NCBI GenBank assembly: GCA_036253495.1
Contig: GCA_036253495.1_4125.1
Length of the DNA: 64,000 bases
Reading direction: 5' to 3' (one strand)
Source: a phage
Shown piece by piece: positions 27,545-38,053 of the stretch (the first letter of the stretch is position 1; each line of letters opens with the position of its first letter). A model generated the notes under the pieces. The model saw only the letters and a list, made by a program, of their open reading frames with translations. It had not been told where the DNA came from and made no database searches. Position numbers and translations under genes: made by a program.

Positions 27545-30244
27545 ATGGCAAAGAAAATATATGGTGGCATTGATGTTACACATAATGTAACAGTCAAAGG
27601 TAAGAGAAGTGTTCAGAGCATCAATGATAACGTATTTGATGAAAATGGCAATCTCACAATAGATGCATATACACAAGATGATATGCTGGAAATGGTTGGT
27701 ATGTTACCCATTTCTCGTTATGGTACACAAAACTATCTACCTGCTGGTGTCAATGGTACAACAGTTGGTTCTTCAGAAAATGCTAGTTCCAGAAATACAA
27801 AATTATTTTTGGAAGATGATAACACTTTAGTAATGTTACGTCCGGGTACTAATGGAAGTTCACAGGGGATTTATTATAGTTATATGACCCAGGCGGTTGG
27901 TACAACAAATACAAGTCGTATGGTTAATACTACTCGTGCATATAAACCAAATTATTTTGGTGCTGGGTATGCAGTTTATTTGTATCCAAGCAGTGATGAT
28001 ATTACTTGTGGTTTGGTGAGAACTGAAAATTCTGATGGTACATATATTGATAGAGTTTTTGTTTCAGTCAATAATGGTACTATGAATGATACAATGCACA
28101 CTGGTATTATTCTATCAGACCATACAGCCGTACAACCTTTTGGTGCAATACAATTTGTTATTCGTGCTGAAGATGGTTCATTATACTTTTTCAGTTTAGA
28201 TACACCAAGCAATACTCTTAAAATATCCGTTACTAAAGTTACTTTTAGTCCAAGTAATAACCCAGGTGGTGGTACTTATAGTGTTACTAGAATTACTGGT
28301 TGGGCCACAAGAACTTTTTATAATGCAATGGTATATGATGACAATATTGTTCCAACTATGAAAATAAATTCAACAAATACCAATGATAATCCATACGTTT
28401 TAATTCCAAGTGGTATTATTGGGTTTGGTGTTTATATGACAGATCCAGATTTATATGTTGCACAGAAATCTGGTACATCCGAATTCAGATTTAGATTATG
28501 TGGTGATATGTGGATGACAAATGGACGATATGACACACGCCCACAACATGGTTTTAGTATGACTTTTGATGTTGTGACAAAACAATGTAAATTAGATAAT
28601 ATGTTAACGACTACACCAGTTGCTGTTAATGACACGGGTTCAAGTATGAATGTAACGGGTCAATGCATAACAAAAGATCCATTTTATCTTCACGCGGGTC
28701 TGCGTAATATTTTTAGTAATTATTGCTATGTACCATCAACTGGTGATGCATTTTGTTCATTCTCACCAAACCTCGCAGAAGCATTGAACTTATCATATGC
28801 GAAATATCCACCACAGTCATTGTTTAATTTAATGAATGTTAGAAGTGTATCAGCAACTAATTTTATTAATGGTGTAGTATCACCAAGATTTGGTTCAGCA
28901 GTTGGTTCATACCAAGTAGGTGTAGAGTTATTACCAAATAACAGTACTAAACAATATTCAAGACGTTCTGGTGATGGTCGTTTTTATCCATCCTATGCTG
29001 TACATAAAGCTACACCGAACTTCACATTTAAGTCTCTAGACTATGGTACTGTTCCTGGTTATGAACCAACACCAGACCGAGCGTTTATAACTACACCAGA
29101 ATCTAGAATTTTTATAAGTTCAATTTCTGGATCAACGGTAACGACTAATGGTGGTGTTTTGGTGGCTGATAATAGAACATCAACTCCTATTAGTTTTGAT
29201 TATAAAGGTAATGTACTGAATAATGGTACAATCAGTATGTCTCAAGATATAATGAATGCTATTCGAAATTCCGAATTTGCTAAAGTTGCTAGTTCATGGA
29301 ATATATCACCAGAATCAATAAAAACATTATCTGTATTTGTTCCACAACAAACTGATATTCCTGTTTTTGGTGTTCTTGCAGCATCTACTACAGCCCGTGG
29401 TCTATATATTCGAGTTGTTGAATTGAATGTCAATACAAGAACTGGTGATATTACAACGTGGTCGTTCAAACGTTTAGTACATGAAAGTGTTCAAGCTGGG
29501 GATTACAAAACAGATACCGCATATCATCTTGATAGTGGAAGTATTGGTATTACTATATATGATGCGGGTTCTTTCTACTTCATTGGTGGTGGTATTCCTG
29601 GTTTCTTTAATACAGTTGGTAATACAAACTCTCCATTTTTCCGTGCTACAGTGGATAAAGCGACAGCCCAATTTAATAATTTCCATATAGCTGGTGGACG
29701 TCCGATCTATGCATTAGATGGTCAACCATTCGCTTTACCTAACATTGGGTTTGGTATTCTTCAAAGTATAGATAATAATAACAAAACAATTTTTAGAACA
29801 TATGGTACAACATTAGCGGATTATAATGCATGGACTGATAAAGGAAATCCAGTTATATGTCTTGTTTCCCAAGATGTTGCTCAAGGTTTTATTATATACT
29901 TCACCGAAGAGACACCAGTACTGATATCCGGTAAACACTATACATTACCAATATCAAATATAGATTTAACAACTGTGAAAGCAAATCCTGCCAATACTAC
30001 ATTTTATGTGTATATTAAATTAGTACAGGGTATTGCAAACTATCATATATCAACAACTGAATTAGCTGAAACTCATTCAATATTCTGGATTGGTACAGTG
30101 AAAACTGATAATTTACAAATAACCGAAATTAATATAGAAAAACGTTCTCGTTTAGACCTGTTTGGTTCATCATTCAACGCTGCCGGAAGTTCCTTCCCAG
30201 TAAGTTCTGGGTTCCCTTCAAGTTCTGGTAATGTGAATTGGTAA
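27545..30244 (+). CDS. tail fibre-like protein (899 aa)
   Basis: Large late ORF; shares N-terminal motif (D.M...LP.SR.G.Q.YLP...NGT) with 30856-33597 and C-terminal ~130-aa module with both neighbours. Confidence 0.55.
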   Translation: MAKKIYGGIDVTHNVTVKGKRSVQSINDNVFDENGNLTIDAYTQDDMLEMVGMLPISRYGTQNYLPAGVNGTTVGSSENASSRNTKLFLEDDNTLVMLRPGTNGSSQGIYYSYMTQAVGTTNTSRMVNTTRAYKPNYFGAGYAVYLYPSSDDITCGLVRTENSDGTYIDRVFVSVNNGTMNDTMHTGIILSDHTAVQPFGAIQFVIRAEDGSLYFFSLDTPSNTLKISVTKVTFSPSNNPGGGTYSVTRITGWATRTFYNAMVYDDNIVPTMKINSTNTNDNPYVLIPSGIIGFGVYMTDPDLYVAQKSGTSEFRFRLCGDMWMTNGRYDTRPQHGFSMTFDVVTKQCKLDNMLTTTPVAVNDTGSSMNVTGQCITKDPFYLHAGLRNIFSNYCYVPSTGDAFCSFSPNLAEALNLSYAKYPPQSLFNLMNVRSVSATNFINGVVSPRFGSAVGSYQVGVELLPNNSTKQYSRRSGDGRFYPSYAVHKATPNFTFKSLDYGTVPGYEPTPDRAFITTPESRIFISSISGSTVTTNGGVLVADNRTSTPISFDYKGNVLNNGTISMSQDIMNAIRNSEFAKVASSWNISPESIKTLSVFVPQQTDIPVFGVLAASTTARGLYIRVVELNVNTRTGDITTWSFKRLVHESVQAGDYKTDTAYHLDSGSIGITIYDAGSFYFIGGGIPGFFNTVGNTNSPFFRATVDKATAQFNNFHIAGGRPIYALDGQPFALPNIGFGILQSIDNNNKTIFRTYGTTLADYNAWTDKGNPVICLVSQDVAQGFIIYFTEETPVLISGKHYTLPISNIDLTTVKANPANTTFYVYIKLVQGIANYHISTTELAETHSIFWIGTVKTDNLQITEINIEKRSRLDLFGSSFNAAGSSFPVSSGFPSSSGNVNW

Positions 30245-30254
30245 TGGAGATAAT

Positions 30255-30845
30255 ATGGCTTATAAATTTAGATCTGATGTGGAAGCGTATGCTTCCGTTA
30301 AATCACAAGGAAAAAATACTGGGACCACGATAACTGATCGTTCTGGTAATGTGTATCAAGCTGATGCTAATGGGAATGTTGATGTACCACTCATGAGTAC
30401 AGATGATGTGAATTACATTACCAGTTCCTTTCCGTTATCACAATTTGGTTCACTTTACAGTACTGAACCATTGGGTATTTCTGCTGCTGGTTTCAATTTA
30501 ACTTTCAGCAAAGAATTACCGTTATTCATGGCGGGAGCGGCGTATACCCTCCCAGCTAAAACAATAACGGACCCAGGAGTTACTGGAACTAATATTGAAA
30601 CACATTATGTATATGTTATATTAGATGTTGGGGTAGCTGACTACCTCATTTCTAAAACTCAACGCCCTGAAAGTAGTGTTAATATGTACATAGGACAACT
30701 GACAGTTTTCCCAGATGGCATTACAGGGGTCAGTATAAATAAAGTGTCAAGATTTGACGACTTCAGAGTAAGTGCTACAAAAATTGGTTCAGCTATCCCT
30801 ATCAGTTCTGGTACACCAGATGTGAATAGTGGGACAGAATGGTAA
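30255..30845 (+). CDS. tail fibre-associated protein sharing C-terminal module
   Basis: 196 aa; C-terminal KVSRF...IPISSGTPDVNSGTEW parallels termini of the flanking large proteins. Confidence 0.5.
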   Translation: MAYKFRSDVEAYASVKSQGKNTGTTITDRSGNVYQADANGNVDVPLMSTDDVNYITSSFPLSQFGSLYSTEPLGISAAGFNLTFSKELPLFMAGAAYTLPAKTITDPGVTGTNIETHYVYVILDVGVADYLISKTQRPESSVNMYIGQLTVFPDGITGVSINKVSRFDDFRVSATKIGSAIPISSGTPDVNSGTEW

Positions 30846-30855
30846 AGGAATATAT

Positions 30856-33597
30856 ATGGCTTCGAGACGAATTATAGGAAACGCAGAAATACTAGGGAAT
30901 TTGAAAATTAATGGAAAGTATGCATTACGTTCCTTTAATGGATTCCCTGCTGATTCTGCTGGTAATATCACTTACCAATATTATGACAAAGCGGAAGTGG
31001 ATCAAATGTTTGATATGCTTCCTGTTTCAAGGGTAGGTGATCAAGATTACCTACCGATGAGTATTAACGGTACATTTGAAGGTGCTTCTTCCTTTTCATT
31101 TGCAAAAATAATGCAACCTTGTATCATTGAAAATGATGGTACTGGTGTAATTTTACGTGCAGGTACAAATGGAAGTTCTTATGGTTTCTATTATGCTTAT
31201 ATAAAAAATATAAGAGATATAGAAACATTAACTCAAGATAATATAATTACAACCAACACGATGTATAGACCTTCTGTGCTACCAAGTACTGATTACATTT
31301 ATGAATTTTATGGGTCAAATGCATATGAATTACTATTTTGGGAATCGACTGATAGAGCATCATACTACCTTACATTAACAAATGAAACATTAAATGAATC
31401 TGCTCATAAACACTGTAGAATTCCAAAAACAGCAATAACAAATAAACCAATCTATGCACACATCGTAAATGATTCAGTTTATATATGGTGTATGGATTCA
31501 AGTGTATTGAGTAGTGTTCGCGGGTGTGCATTTATCATATACACAGTACCTTTAACTGCATTTAATACTGGTTCAGTTTCGACAGTAACACAGATTAGTG
31601 GTTATTCAGGAAGAACTATAAGAAATGTAACATACACTGCATCTAATAATATTCGTGTTTATGATAGTTATTCAGTGTTGGGTTCAGGTGGTGATGCACT
31701 AATAGCATATGATAATGGTGTTTCCAGAATAGATTATTGGGAAAATAACGCATTTAATACCCAAGCAGTTCTTAGCCCTGATGGTACAAAAATAAGAGTA
31801 GCGATATATCCAGGGTTTCGTGTCTTTACCGCAACAAAAACATCTAGTGTATATGCACTTGGTATCAGCTTTACATATGATATCAGTACTAAAACAATGA
31901 CACTTGACGGTTCTGAACGTGGTCCAATCAGAGTATCAGCTAATACATCAACTGGTAGTATAACAGTGAGTAACCCGTTTTCAATCAATATGGAAAACTT
32001 TACAGGGTTTTATGATGGTGCACTTGGTAACTATGGTTCAATCTGTCAAACTTCTGATGGTTTTGTTTTCACTACCAAAGCAAGATGGTCATCCATGCCG
32101 ACCTATGCAGTACAAACATACAAAGTTTCTGGTACACCTTATGATAGTTGGGTTGCTAAAACACGTACTGGTAGTAATTTAAAACGTGTAGAAGTAATGC
32201 CAGTTTATGGCTCCCCTGTCGGTGAAAACTTAATAGGTGTTCGTTTCGTAGATAAACGTAAGATACTTGTTGCATGTTCTGGTACTGCTGATGGAATTTC
32301 TTATGGTTATGATAGTACAGTTTTTACTGAAATAGGTGAGAATCCAACTTATAGTTATAAAAACTTGGAACAAAATACCACAATGAATGGTTTTGCACCA
32401 TCAGGTAATAGACACTATTTAAGTACTGATTACAAATATGCAGGTATGGTAACATTGGTTGATGCCAATGGAAATGTCAGCACTTATGGATCTTCTTTAA
32501 TAGAAGGTATCGATAAACCAGCTTATGGAAAATTCGACCCTGTTACAATGGACTTTAACAATGATAGATATGAAATTTCAGGAACTACATTATCAGGTAT
32601 AGGTTATAATGCCGTTGCTAAAGCTGGATTGACTGGAATAACTGAACATAAAACTGTTTTTTATTATGTACCTGATACTACATATTCTAAATCTATTGCA
32701 GTCACTTCTGCACTAAACGGTACTACCAACGTGTGTTATATTATTTTTTCCGAAATATCATGTAGTGCACTGGGTACAAGTGGTACTATAATTTTACGTG
32801 GTATTAGTGTTGATACAGCAAGATATACATCAATCACGAATACATTCCAAATTTCACCAAATGAAATGATCAAACGTTGGGCTGGTATGACTGTTGCTAA
32901 GTTTAGTGGTTTTAACTACTTAGGTGTGAACATTTTATATGGCATTGATACCCCAGGTTGGACTCGTTATCCTAACATGATTGCTAAAGTGAAAAATGGT
33001 ATTATTTCAAGTCAACGATATATGGAAACAACTTATATTTCAAACGCACAATTTGATATAGGTACAATTCCAGGGATTGGGTTTGGATATTACCAAATGA
33101 ACAAAAACGATTATCAAACTAAATCAGTTTTTGCTGTATGTGGTACTACTGAAGCAGATATGGATAAACTAATATCTGGTAATGAAACGATATCACAGTA
33201 CTTAGTTGTTGCTTCACAGGATGTGGCACAAGGGTTCAACGTGTACTTTTCACAAGAAGTACCAGTTTTCTTGGGTGGAAAGTTTGCAAAGATACCACCG
33301 ACTATGATAGACTTATCTACCATAAGTACTACACCAGATAATTCAACATTCTACATATATGCGGTTATGGATAGAGGTACATCTACAGCTTCGTATCAGA
33401 TATCACTATATCAATTATCAGAAACTATGACATCAACCTACATTGGTAAGATAGTAACTGATGCTAATGGTATTGCATCAATCGAGTCTGAAAAAGTGTC
33501 CAGATTCTTGCTATACCGCCCAAGTACCTACAATCGTGGTTCTGCTATCCCAGCTAGTTCTGGGTTACCATCACAATCTGGTACTCGTTGGAGTTAA
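30856..33597 (+). CDS. tail fibre-like protein (about 913 aa)
   Basis: ATG at 30856 after SD AAGGAA (track start 30829 lies inside previous gene); shared N- and C-terminal modules with 27545-30244. Confidence 0.55.
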   Translation: MASRRIIGNAEILGNLKINGKYALRSFNGFPADSAGNITYQYYDKAEVDQMFDMLPVSRVGDQDYLPMSINGTFEGASSFSFAKIMQPCIIENDGTGVILRAGTNGSSYGFYYAYIKNIRDIETLTQDNIITTNTMYRPSVLPSTDYIYEFYGSNAYELLFWESTDRASYYLTLTNETLNESAHKHCRIPKTAITNKPIYAHIVNDSVYIWCMDSSVLSSVRGCAFIIYTVPLTAFNTGSVSTVTQISGYSGRTIRNVTYTASNNIRVYDSYSVLGSGGDALIAYDNGVSRIDYWENNAFNTQAVLSPDGTKIRVAIYPGFRVFTATKTSSVYALGISFTYDISTKTMTLDGSERGPIRVSANTSTGSITVSNPFSINMENFTGFYDGALGNYGSICQTSDGFVFTTKARWSSMPTYAVQTYKVSGTPYDSWVAKTRTGSNLKRVEVMPVYGSPVGENLIGVRFVDKRKILVACSGTADGISYGYDSTVFTEIGENPTYSYKNLEQNTTMNGFAPSGNRHYLSTDYKYAGMVTLVDANGNVSTYGSSLIEGIDKPAYGKFDPVTMDFNNDRYEISGTTLSGIGYNAVAKAGLTGITEHKTVFYYVPDTTYSKSIAVTSALNGTTNVCYIIFSEISCSALGTSGTIILRGISVDTARYTSITNTFQISPNEMIKRWAGMTVAKFSGFNYLGVNILYGIDTPGWTRYPNMIAKVKNGIISSQRYMETTYISNAQFDIGTIPGIGFGYYQMNKNDYQTKSVFAVCGTTEADMDKLISGNETISQYLVVASQDVAQGFNVYFSQEVPVFLGGKFAKIPPTMIDLSTISTTPDNSTFYIYAVMDRGTSTASYQISLYQLSETMTSTYIGKIVTDANGIASIESEKVSRFLLYRPSTYNRGSAIPASSGLPSQSGTRWS

Positions 33598-33602
33598 AAA
33601 AA

Positions 33603-33634
33603 TTAAGCCTGTCTATTGACAGGCTTTTCTTTTA
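33603..33634 (+). terminator. intrinsic terminator (GCCTGTC-TATT-GACAGGC then TTTTCTTTT)
   Basis: Perfect hairpin after tail-fibre block. Confidence 0.6.
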
Positions 33635-33666
33635 TCCGTATAATGCTAAAAAACTAGGAGGAAACT

Positions 33667-34227
33667 ATGGTACAATCACGTTTTAGACCACCGCTGTCAC
33701 CAGCACAGTTACAACGTTTAAAAGAAAAAGAGCAGCACTTTCAGAATACCCTAGTAGTTCGTTTGCTATGCAAAAGTGTAACTCTTAAAGATTTTGTGAA
33801 AACCGATAATGAACGTAAATCACTTATCGAACTTAAGTACAAGTTAAGTAAGCATAAACTATATGGATTACTAGCAGAATACACCCAAAATCCATTCAGT
33901 GATCGTTGGTCTATGGTTCAAAAAAAACTGTGGGGTGGTGATGAAGAATTCACACTACGTGATTTAAAAAATGCAATCATGTTTAAGGTCGATTATACAC
34001 CAGCAGGGATTGAACACAGAACCGAAGAAACTATCATTCAATCAAGAGATTTATCATGTGTTGTTTCTTCAAACTTCGGTGTTCATTATGATATGCTTGA
34101 TGACGATGAGTTAATGATCCTGTTCCATGTGATTATTGGTGCTGAAGATATTAAAGAAAAGTTATCACAAATTGAAGAAGAACAGCGTAAATTCAAAATC
34201 CAAAAGAGAATAACTGATTTATATTAA
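33667..34227 (+). CDS. hypothetical protein, paralog family member 1 of 3
   Basis: 186 aa; shares TD-(N/E)-(E/D)-R motif region and coiled-coil-like C-terminus with next two genes. Confidence 0.45.
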   Translation: MVQSRFRPPLSPAQLQRLKEKEQHFQNTLVVRLLCKSVTLKDFVKTDNERKSLIELKYKLSKHKLYGLLAEYTQNPFSDRWSMVQKKLWGGDEEFTLRDLKNAIMFKVDYTPAGIEHRTEETIIQSRDLSCVVSSNFGVHYDMLDDDELMILFHVIIGAEDIKEKLSQIEEEQRKFKIQKRITDLY

Positions 34228-34236
34228 GAGGTTACT

Positions 34237-34737
34237 ATGTTTTTCAAAAAGAAAAATAATGATCACAAAAGAGAAAATGTAGAGTGGTGTACATTAATTC
34301 TTCCAGTACTGATGAAAAGCTATTCTTTAAAAGAAATTATCCGTACTGATGAAGATCGTAGAACTATACTTAAAATTAAAGAAATGTTAAGTTCTCATTC
34401 TCTAATGAAACTAATCACAGACCTAGTTAAAGAACCATACGGTGAACGTTGGTTATATGAACCAGTATTCATATATGGTAATCATATCAACCGTGTAAAA
34501 TTGTTTGATACCGAAACTAAGGTTGATTTTAATGCAGTAACATATTCATCTAAAGATTATGATGAAAAACATACATTTGTTTATATTAACGGAGATGCGA
34601 ATATTCTACCTAAACATGAACAAATGTTTTTGTTTCATTTACTCGTTGCACTTCGTGAGCTTGAAACAAAGTACAAGAAGTTAGAATACGAGCAGCATAA
34701 ACTTAATGAATTTAATAAATTAAAAGGATTATACTAA
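34237..34737 (+). CDS. hypothetical protein, paralog family member 2 of 3
   Basis: 166 aa; paralogous to 33667-34227. Confidence 0.45.
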   Translation: MFFKKKNNDHKRENVEWCTLILPVLMKSYSLKEIIRTDEDRRTILKIKEMLSSHSLMKLITDLVKEPYGERWLYEPVFIYGNHINRVKLFDTETKVDFNAVTYSSKDYDEKHTFVYINGDANILPKHEQMFLFHLLVALRELETKYKKLEYEQHKLNEFNKLKGLY

Positions 34738-35243
34738 TGTTCTTCGGTAAACATAAAGTAAAAGATGATGGTATTCTTCAGTACTTAGTTGCGTTGATTT
34801 TAAACAAAAGTACTTTATTAGTACCTAATATTAAATCAGACAAAGATCGCAGAGAAATTATTCAAAACAAATATCTTCTTTCAAAATGTGATCCTGTTAT
34901 CTATGCATTTTGTAAGTACTGTTCAAAAAACTTGTTCAGTATTCATGTAGATTTTGAAAGACAAGAAAGCAGCACACGAAATTCTTGTTTTAAAGTGTAT
35001 ATGATTAATGATTTAAATCGTGGGAATCGAGGGTTCATGTTCTGGATGGACGGACGTGATATACGTGTGCGTATTAAAATGTCAGTTGGGTGGAAGGATT
35101 TTTCAACTTCTGTATCTGATTTTCTTGTACTTCACGCACTATATAACAGTATTACTAACGTGAAAGATATCGACAAGAAAATTCAGGAACAAAAAGAATT
35201 GGATGATGCAAAGAACGAATACTTACAACATTACAGGAGTTAA
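34737..35243 (+). CDS. hypothetical protein, paralog family member 3 of 3 (divergent)
   Basis: 168 aa; same size and N-terminal MFF-K start as member 2. Confidence 0.4.
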   Translation: MFFGKHKVKDDGILQYLVALILNKSTLLVPNIKSDKDRREIIQNKYLLSKCDPVIYAFCKYCSKNLFSIHVDFERQESSTRNSCFKVYMINDLNRGNRGFMFWMDGRDIRVRIKMSVGWKDFSTSVSDFLVLHALYNSITNVKDIDKKIQEQKELDDAKNEYLQHYRS

Positions 35244-35246
35244 TAT

Positions 35247-35648
35247 ATGGATCTTGATGATGTGTATAGCACCATAAGACAGATGGATTCGTATAAAAAA
35301 GTATATAGTGGTTACAAGAGTGATAAACAATTTTATGGAATCGGGGAGTATGATGTAATATCATTCGAATACGATGATACTGGTGAAAGTTCCATTAATA
35401 TTGTTTGTCCTCGTGACCGTGAAAATAACTTCATGTACGTTGAAATCAATAATGATGGTTTACACTTTACTAAAATATTAAATGGTGGCAAACAATCTAT
35501 TTCTCTGGATTTATCCGAAGAAGAAAAGTTCTTTCAAGAAGATACTATAATCAATCTAGGTTTTAGTTTATCAGAATACAAAGTTCTTCATAAAGATTTC
35601 ATGAAGTACTATAATGGGTTTCTTAAGGAGCTAACATTACATCTATGA
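35247..35648 (+). CDS. hypothetical protein
   Basis: 133 aa ORF. Confidence 0.45.
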   Translation: MDLDDVYSTIRQMDSYKKVYSGYKSDKQFYGIGEYDVISFEYDDTGESSINIVCPRDRENNFMYVEINNDGLHFTKILNGGKQSISLDLSEEEKFFQEDTIINLGFSLSEYKVLHKDFMKYYNGFLKELTLHL

Positions 35649-36886
35649 ATAATAACAAATTTCTTGAACAAACAATTGTGAAGCACTTAGCAGGTTCACA
35701 AGCGTATGGAACCAGTACACCTGAAAGTGATACGGATTATCGTGGTATTTTTCTTGCTAACAAAGAGTTCATTCTGACACCTTTTTATAATGTAAAAGAA
35801 GTTTCTGATTCAAGAGAAGAAGATACTAAATTCTATGAACTAAACCAGTACTTAAGACTATACACAGAGGCTAACCCAAATATCCTTGAATCACTATGGG
35901 TTGATCCTGAACACATCGTAGAAAGTACTGAAATCTATGATTATCTACGTACATTCAATCAACAATTACTTAGTTCTAAGATCGCATTCTCTTATACCGG
36001 TTATGCATATAATCAGGTTAAACGTATGTCCAATCACCACGGGTGGATGGATAAAGAGCGTATTGCTGAAAAACGTCTAAATGAAATCTTAGAAGATTTT
36101 CCTGTAGATGAAACTTTAGCATGGATGTATGAAAACTTCCCACACTATTTGGTAGAACGTTTAGATACTTCTAAACTACATCCATTTAATGCTAAGAAAA
36201 TAGATTTTGAAAAATACATGCGTGATACTTCATTGCAGTTAGTTTCGACTCATCCGTTGAAACAGTATCATTTTGTACGTTTAGTACATAATTACAGTAC
36301 TGATAAAGTACTAGACCGTGATTTCAACTTATTGGATTATAACAATGGGTACGAATTAATTCATTACGGTGAAAATATCTTTGGTGTTATTATCAATCCT
36401 AATGAAAGTACAATTAACGCTGATGGTTCTTTACGTTATTTCAACAAAGAACGCAGTACTGAAGAATTGAAAGTGCGACCTGAACTCATTGTTAAATTCA
36501 ATGAAAAAGAATACAGTGAGAACAGTGAGAACCGTAAAAGTTATCACAAATGGAAAGAGAATCGTAATGCTAAACGTGCAATTCTTGAATCCAAACACGG
36601 CTACGATTGCAAACATGCTATGCATACGATCAGACTTTTGAATACAGCCGAAGAAGCATTACAAAGCGGTATTATCCTTGTTAAACGTCCTGATGCTGAT
36701 ATGCTAATGGATATCCGCAACGGTAAATGGAAGTATGAAGAAGTCATGGATTATTTCAATGAAAAGGTTGACTATATCCGCAATGTGGTGTATCCTAAGT
36801 CAGTTCTACCAAAGAAACCAAACATTCAACTAGCTGCAAAAGTTCTAATCGATATTCGAGAAATGCAGTGGTATGGTAAAAAATAA
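35645..36886 (+). CDS. nucleotidyltransferase-fold protein (Pol-beta superfamily)
   Basis: Classic motif HLAGSQAYGTSTPESDTDYRGIF (GS-x10-DxD); 413 aa with large C-terminal extension. Confidence 0.55.
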   Translation: MNNNKFLEQTIVKHLAGSQAYGTSTPESDTDYRGIFLANKEFILTPFYNVKEVSDSREEDTKFYELNQYLRLYTEANPNILESLWVDPEHIVESTEIYDYLRTFNQQLLSSKIAFSYTGYAYNQVKRMSNHHGWMDKERIAEKRLNEILEDFPVDETLAWMYENFPHYLVERLDTSKLHPFNAKKIDFEKYMRDTSLQLVSTHPLKQYHFVRLVHNYSTDKVLDRDFNLLDYNNGYELIHYGENIFGVIINPNESTINADGSLRYFNKERSTEELKVRPELIVKFNEKEYSENSENRKSYHKWKENRNAKRAILESKHGYDCKHAMHTIRLLNTAEEALQSGIILVKRPDADMLMDIRNGKWKYEEVMDYFNEKVDYIRNVVYPKSVLPKKPNIQLAAKVLIDIREMQWYGKK

Positions 36887-36895
36887 GAGGATTAT

Positions 36896-37321
36896 ATGCT
36901 GAATTCAACAATTATTGATGCACTACGTGTACTGAATCGCGAAGTTAGCCGTATCCATAAAAGTACTGATCGTTATAAAGTAATGCATGAAATTAAACTA
37001 GAATTAGAAGCTATCAATAAGGGTGAATGGTTCCTTGAACCAGAATACCGTACACGTGGACCAACTGACGTTGAGAAAGCAATTGCAAAATTCATTTCTG
37101 GACGTTATGGTGATGTATCAGAGGCAGATGTACTGATGAATTTACATTTAACCTCCTTAGAAATTGAAGAAAAATTCAAATTTGATTCACTGGACTGGGT
37201 AGAAATGATCATGGAACTTGAAGATGAATTTAAGGTTGAGATCGAAGATAAGTATGAATCTGGAGATACCAGAATCGTGCATCTCGTTGAACATGTACAA
37301 ACAATGATCGATAAACGCTAA
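36896..37321 (+). CDS. hypothetical protein
   Basis: 141 aa ORF. Confidence 0.45.
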   Translation: MLNSTIIDALRVLNREVSRIHKSTDRYKVMHEIKLELEAINKGEWFLEPEYRTRGPTDVEKAIAKFISGRYGDVSEADVLMNLHLTSLEIEEKFKFDSLDWVEMIMELEDEFKVEIEDKYESGDTRIVHLVEHVQTMIDKR

Positions 37322-37366
37322 TTTTAAGCACTCTAAATAATATCATCATCTATAGGAGATATTATT

Positions 37367-37741
37367 ATGAGTGTACTAGATATTATTGTTTCAAAAGTAC
37401 TGATACCGTTCTGGAAACCAATTGCGTTTGTTCTCCTGATGGCATCATGTACTTTTGGTGGCTGGAAGGCTAATACTTTTTATACTGGGTATAAAGAAAG
37501 TATTGAATTAAAAATAGAGAAGAAAGTAGATGCGGCTTTAAGTAAAATTGAAAGCCAAAATACCAAAAACTATGTAGAAACTAAACAGATAATGCAAAAT
37601 AATGCAAAGGTAATAGAAACTAAAGTACCAGTTATTATTGAGCGTGAAGTGTATAGAAATGTATGTTTAGATGAAGAAGGGGTAAAACTTTTGAATGATC
37701 TAAAACAAAATTCACTTGCAGCTAGAGAGAAATTTAAATGA
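37367..37741 (+). CDS. i-spanin-like membrane protein
   Basis: N-terminal TM helix then charged, coiled-coil-like region; immediately upstream of a lipoprotein gene. Confidence 0.4.
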   Translation: MSVLDIIVSKVLIPFWKPIAFVLLMASCTFGGWKANTFYTGYKESIELKIEKKVDAALSKIESQNTKNYVETKQIMQNNAKVIETKVPVIIEREVYRNVCLDEEGVKLLNDLKQNSLAAREKFK

Positions 37742-38052
37742 AATACATATTAACATTCTTGATTACTTTTATGTTTATCACTGGGTGTTCTAATAAGGTT
37801 CCAGTTCAAGCGTCACCAATAATCACCCAGGAAATCTTATTAGAACGATGCGAAGAAGATACACCAATTCCTAAAAAAATTGTTGTTGACTCACATGGTA
37901 ATAGAGGATATGCTGGTGATGAAATTCTTAACGTTCTGACGCGTTGGGATTCCATGTACAATGAATGTGCACTGAGATATGATGCACTAATTGATACAAT
38001 TCGCAAACTCCAAGACCAAAATATTCGTGTTAACATAAAAGTTAAGGAATAG
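37738..38052 (+). CDS. o-spanin-like lipoprotein
   Basis: Signal peptide with lipobox ITGCS; start overlaps upstream stop. Confidence 0.45.
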   Translation: MKYILTFLITFMFITGCSNKVPVQASPIITQEILLERCEEDTPIPKKIVVDSHGNRGYAGDEILNVLTRWDSMYNECALRYDALIDTIRKLQDQNIRVNIKVKE

Positions 38053-38053
38053 T

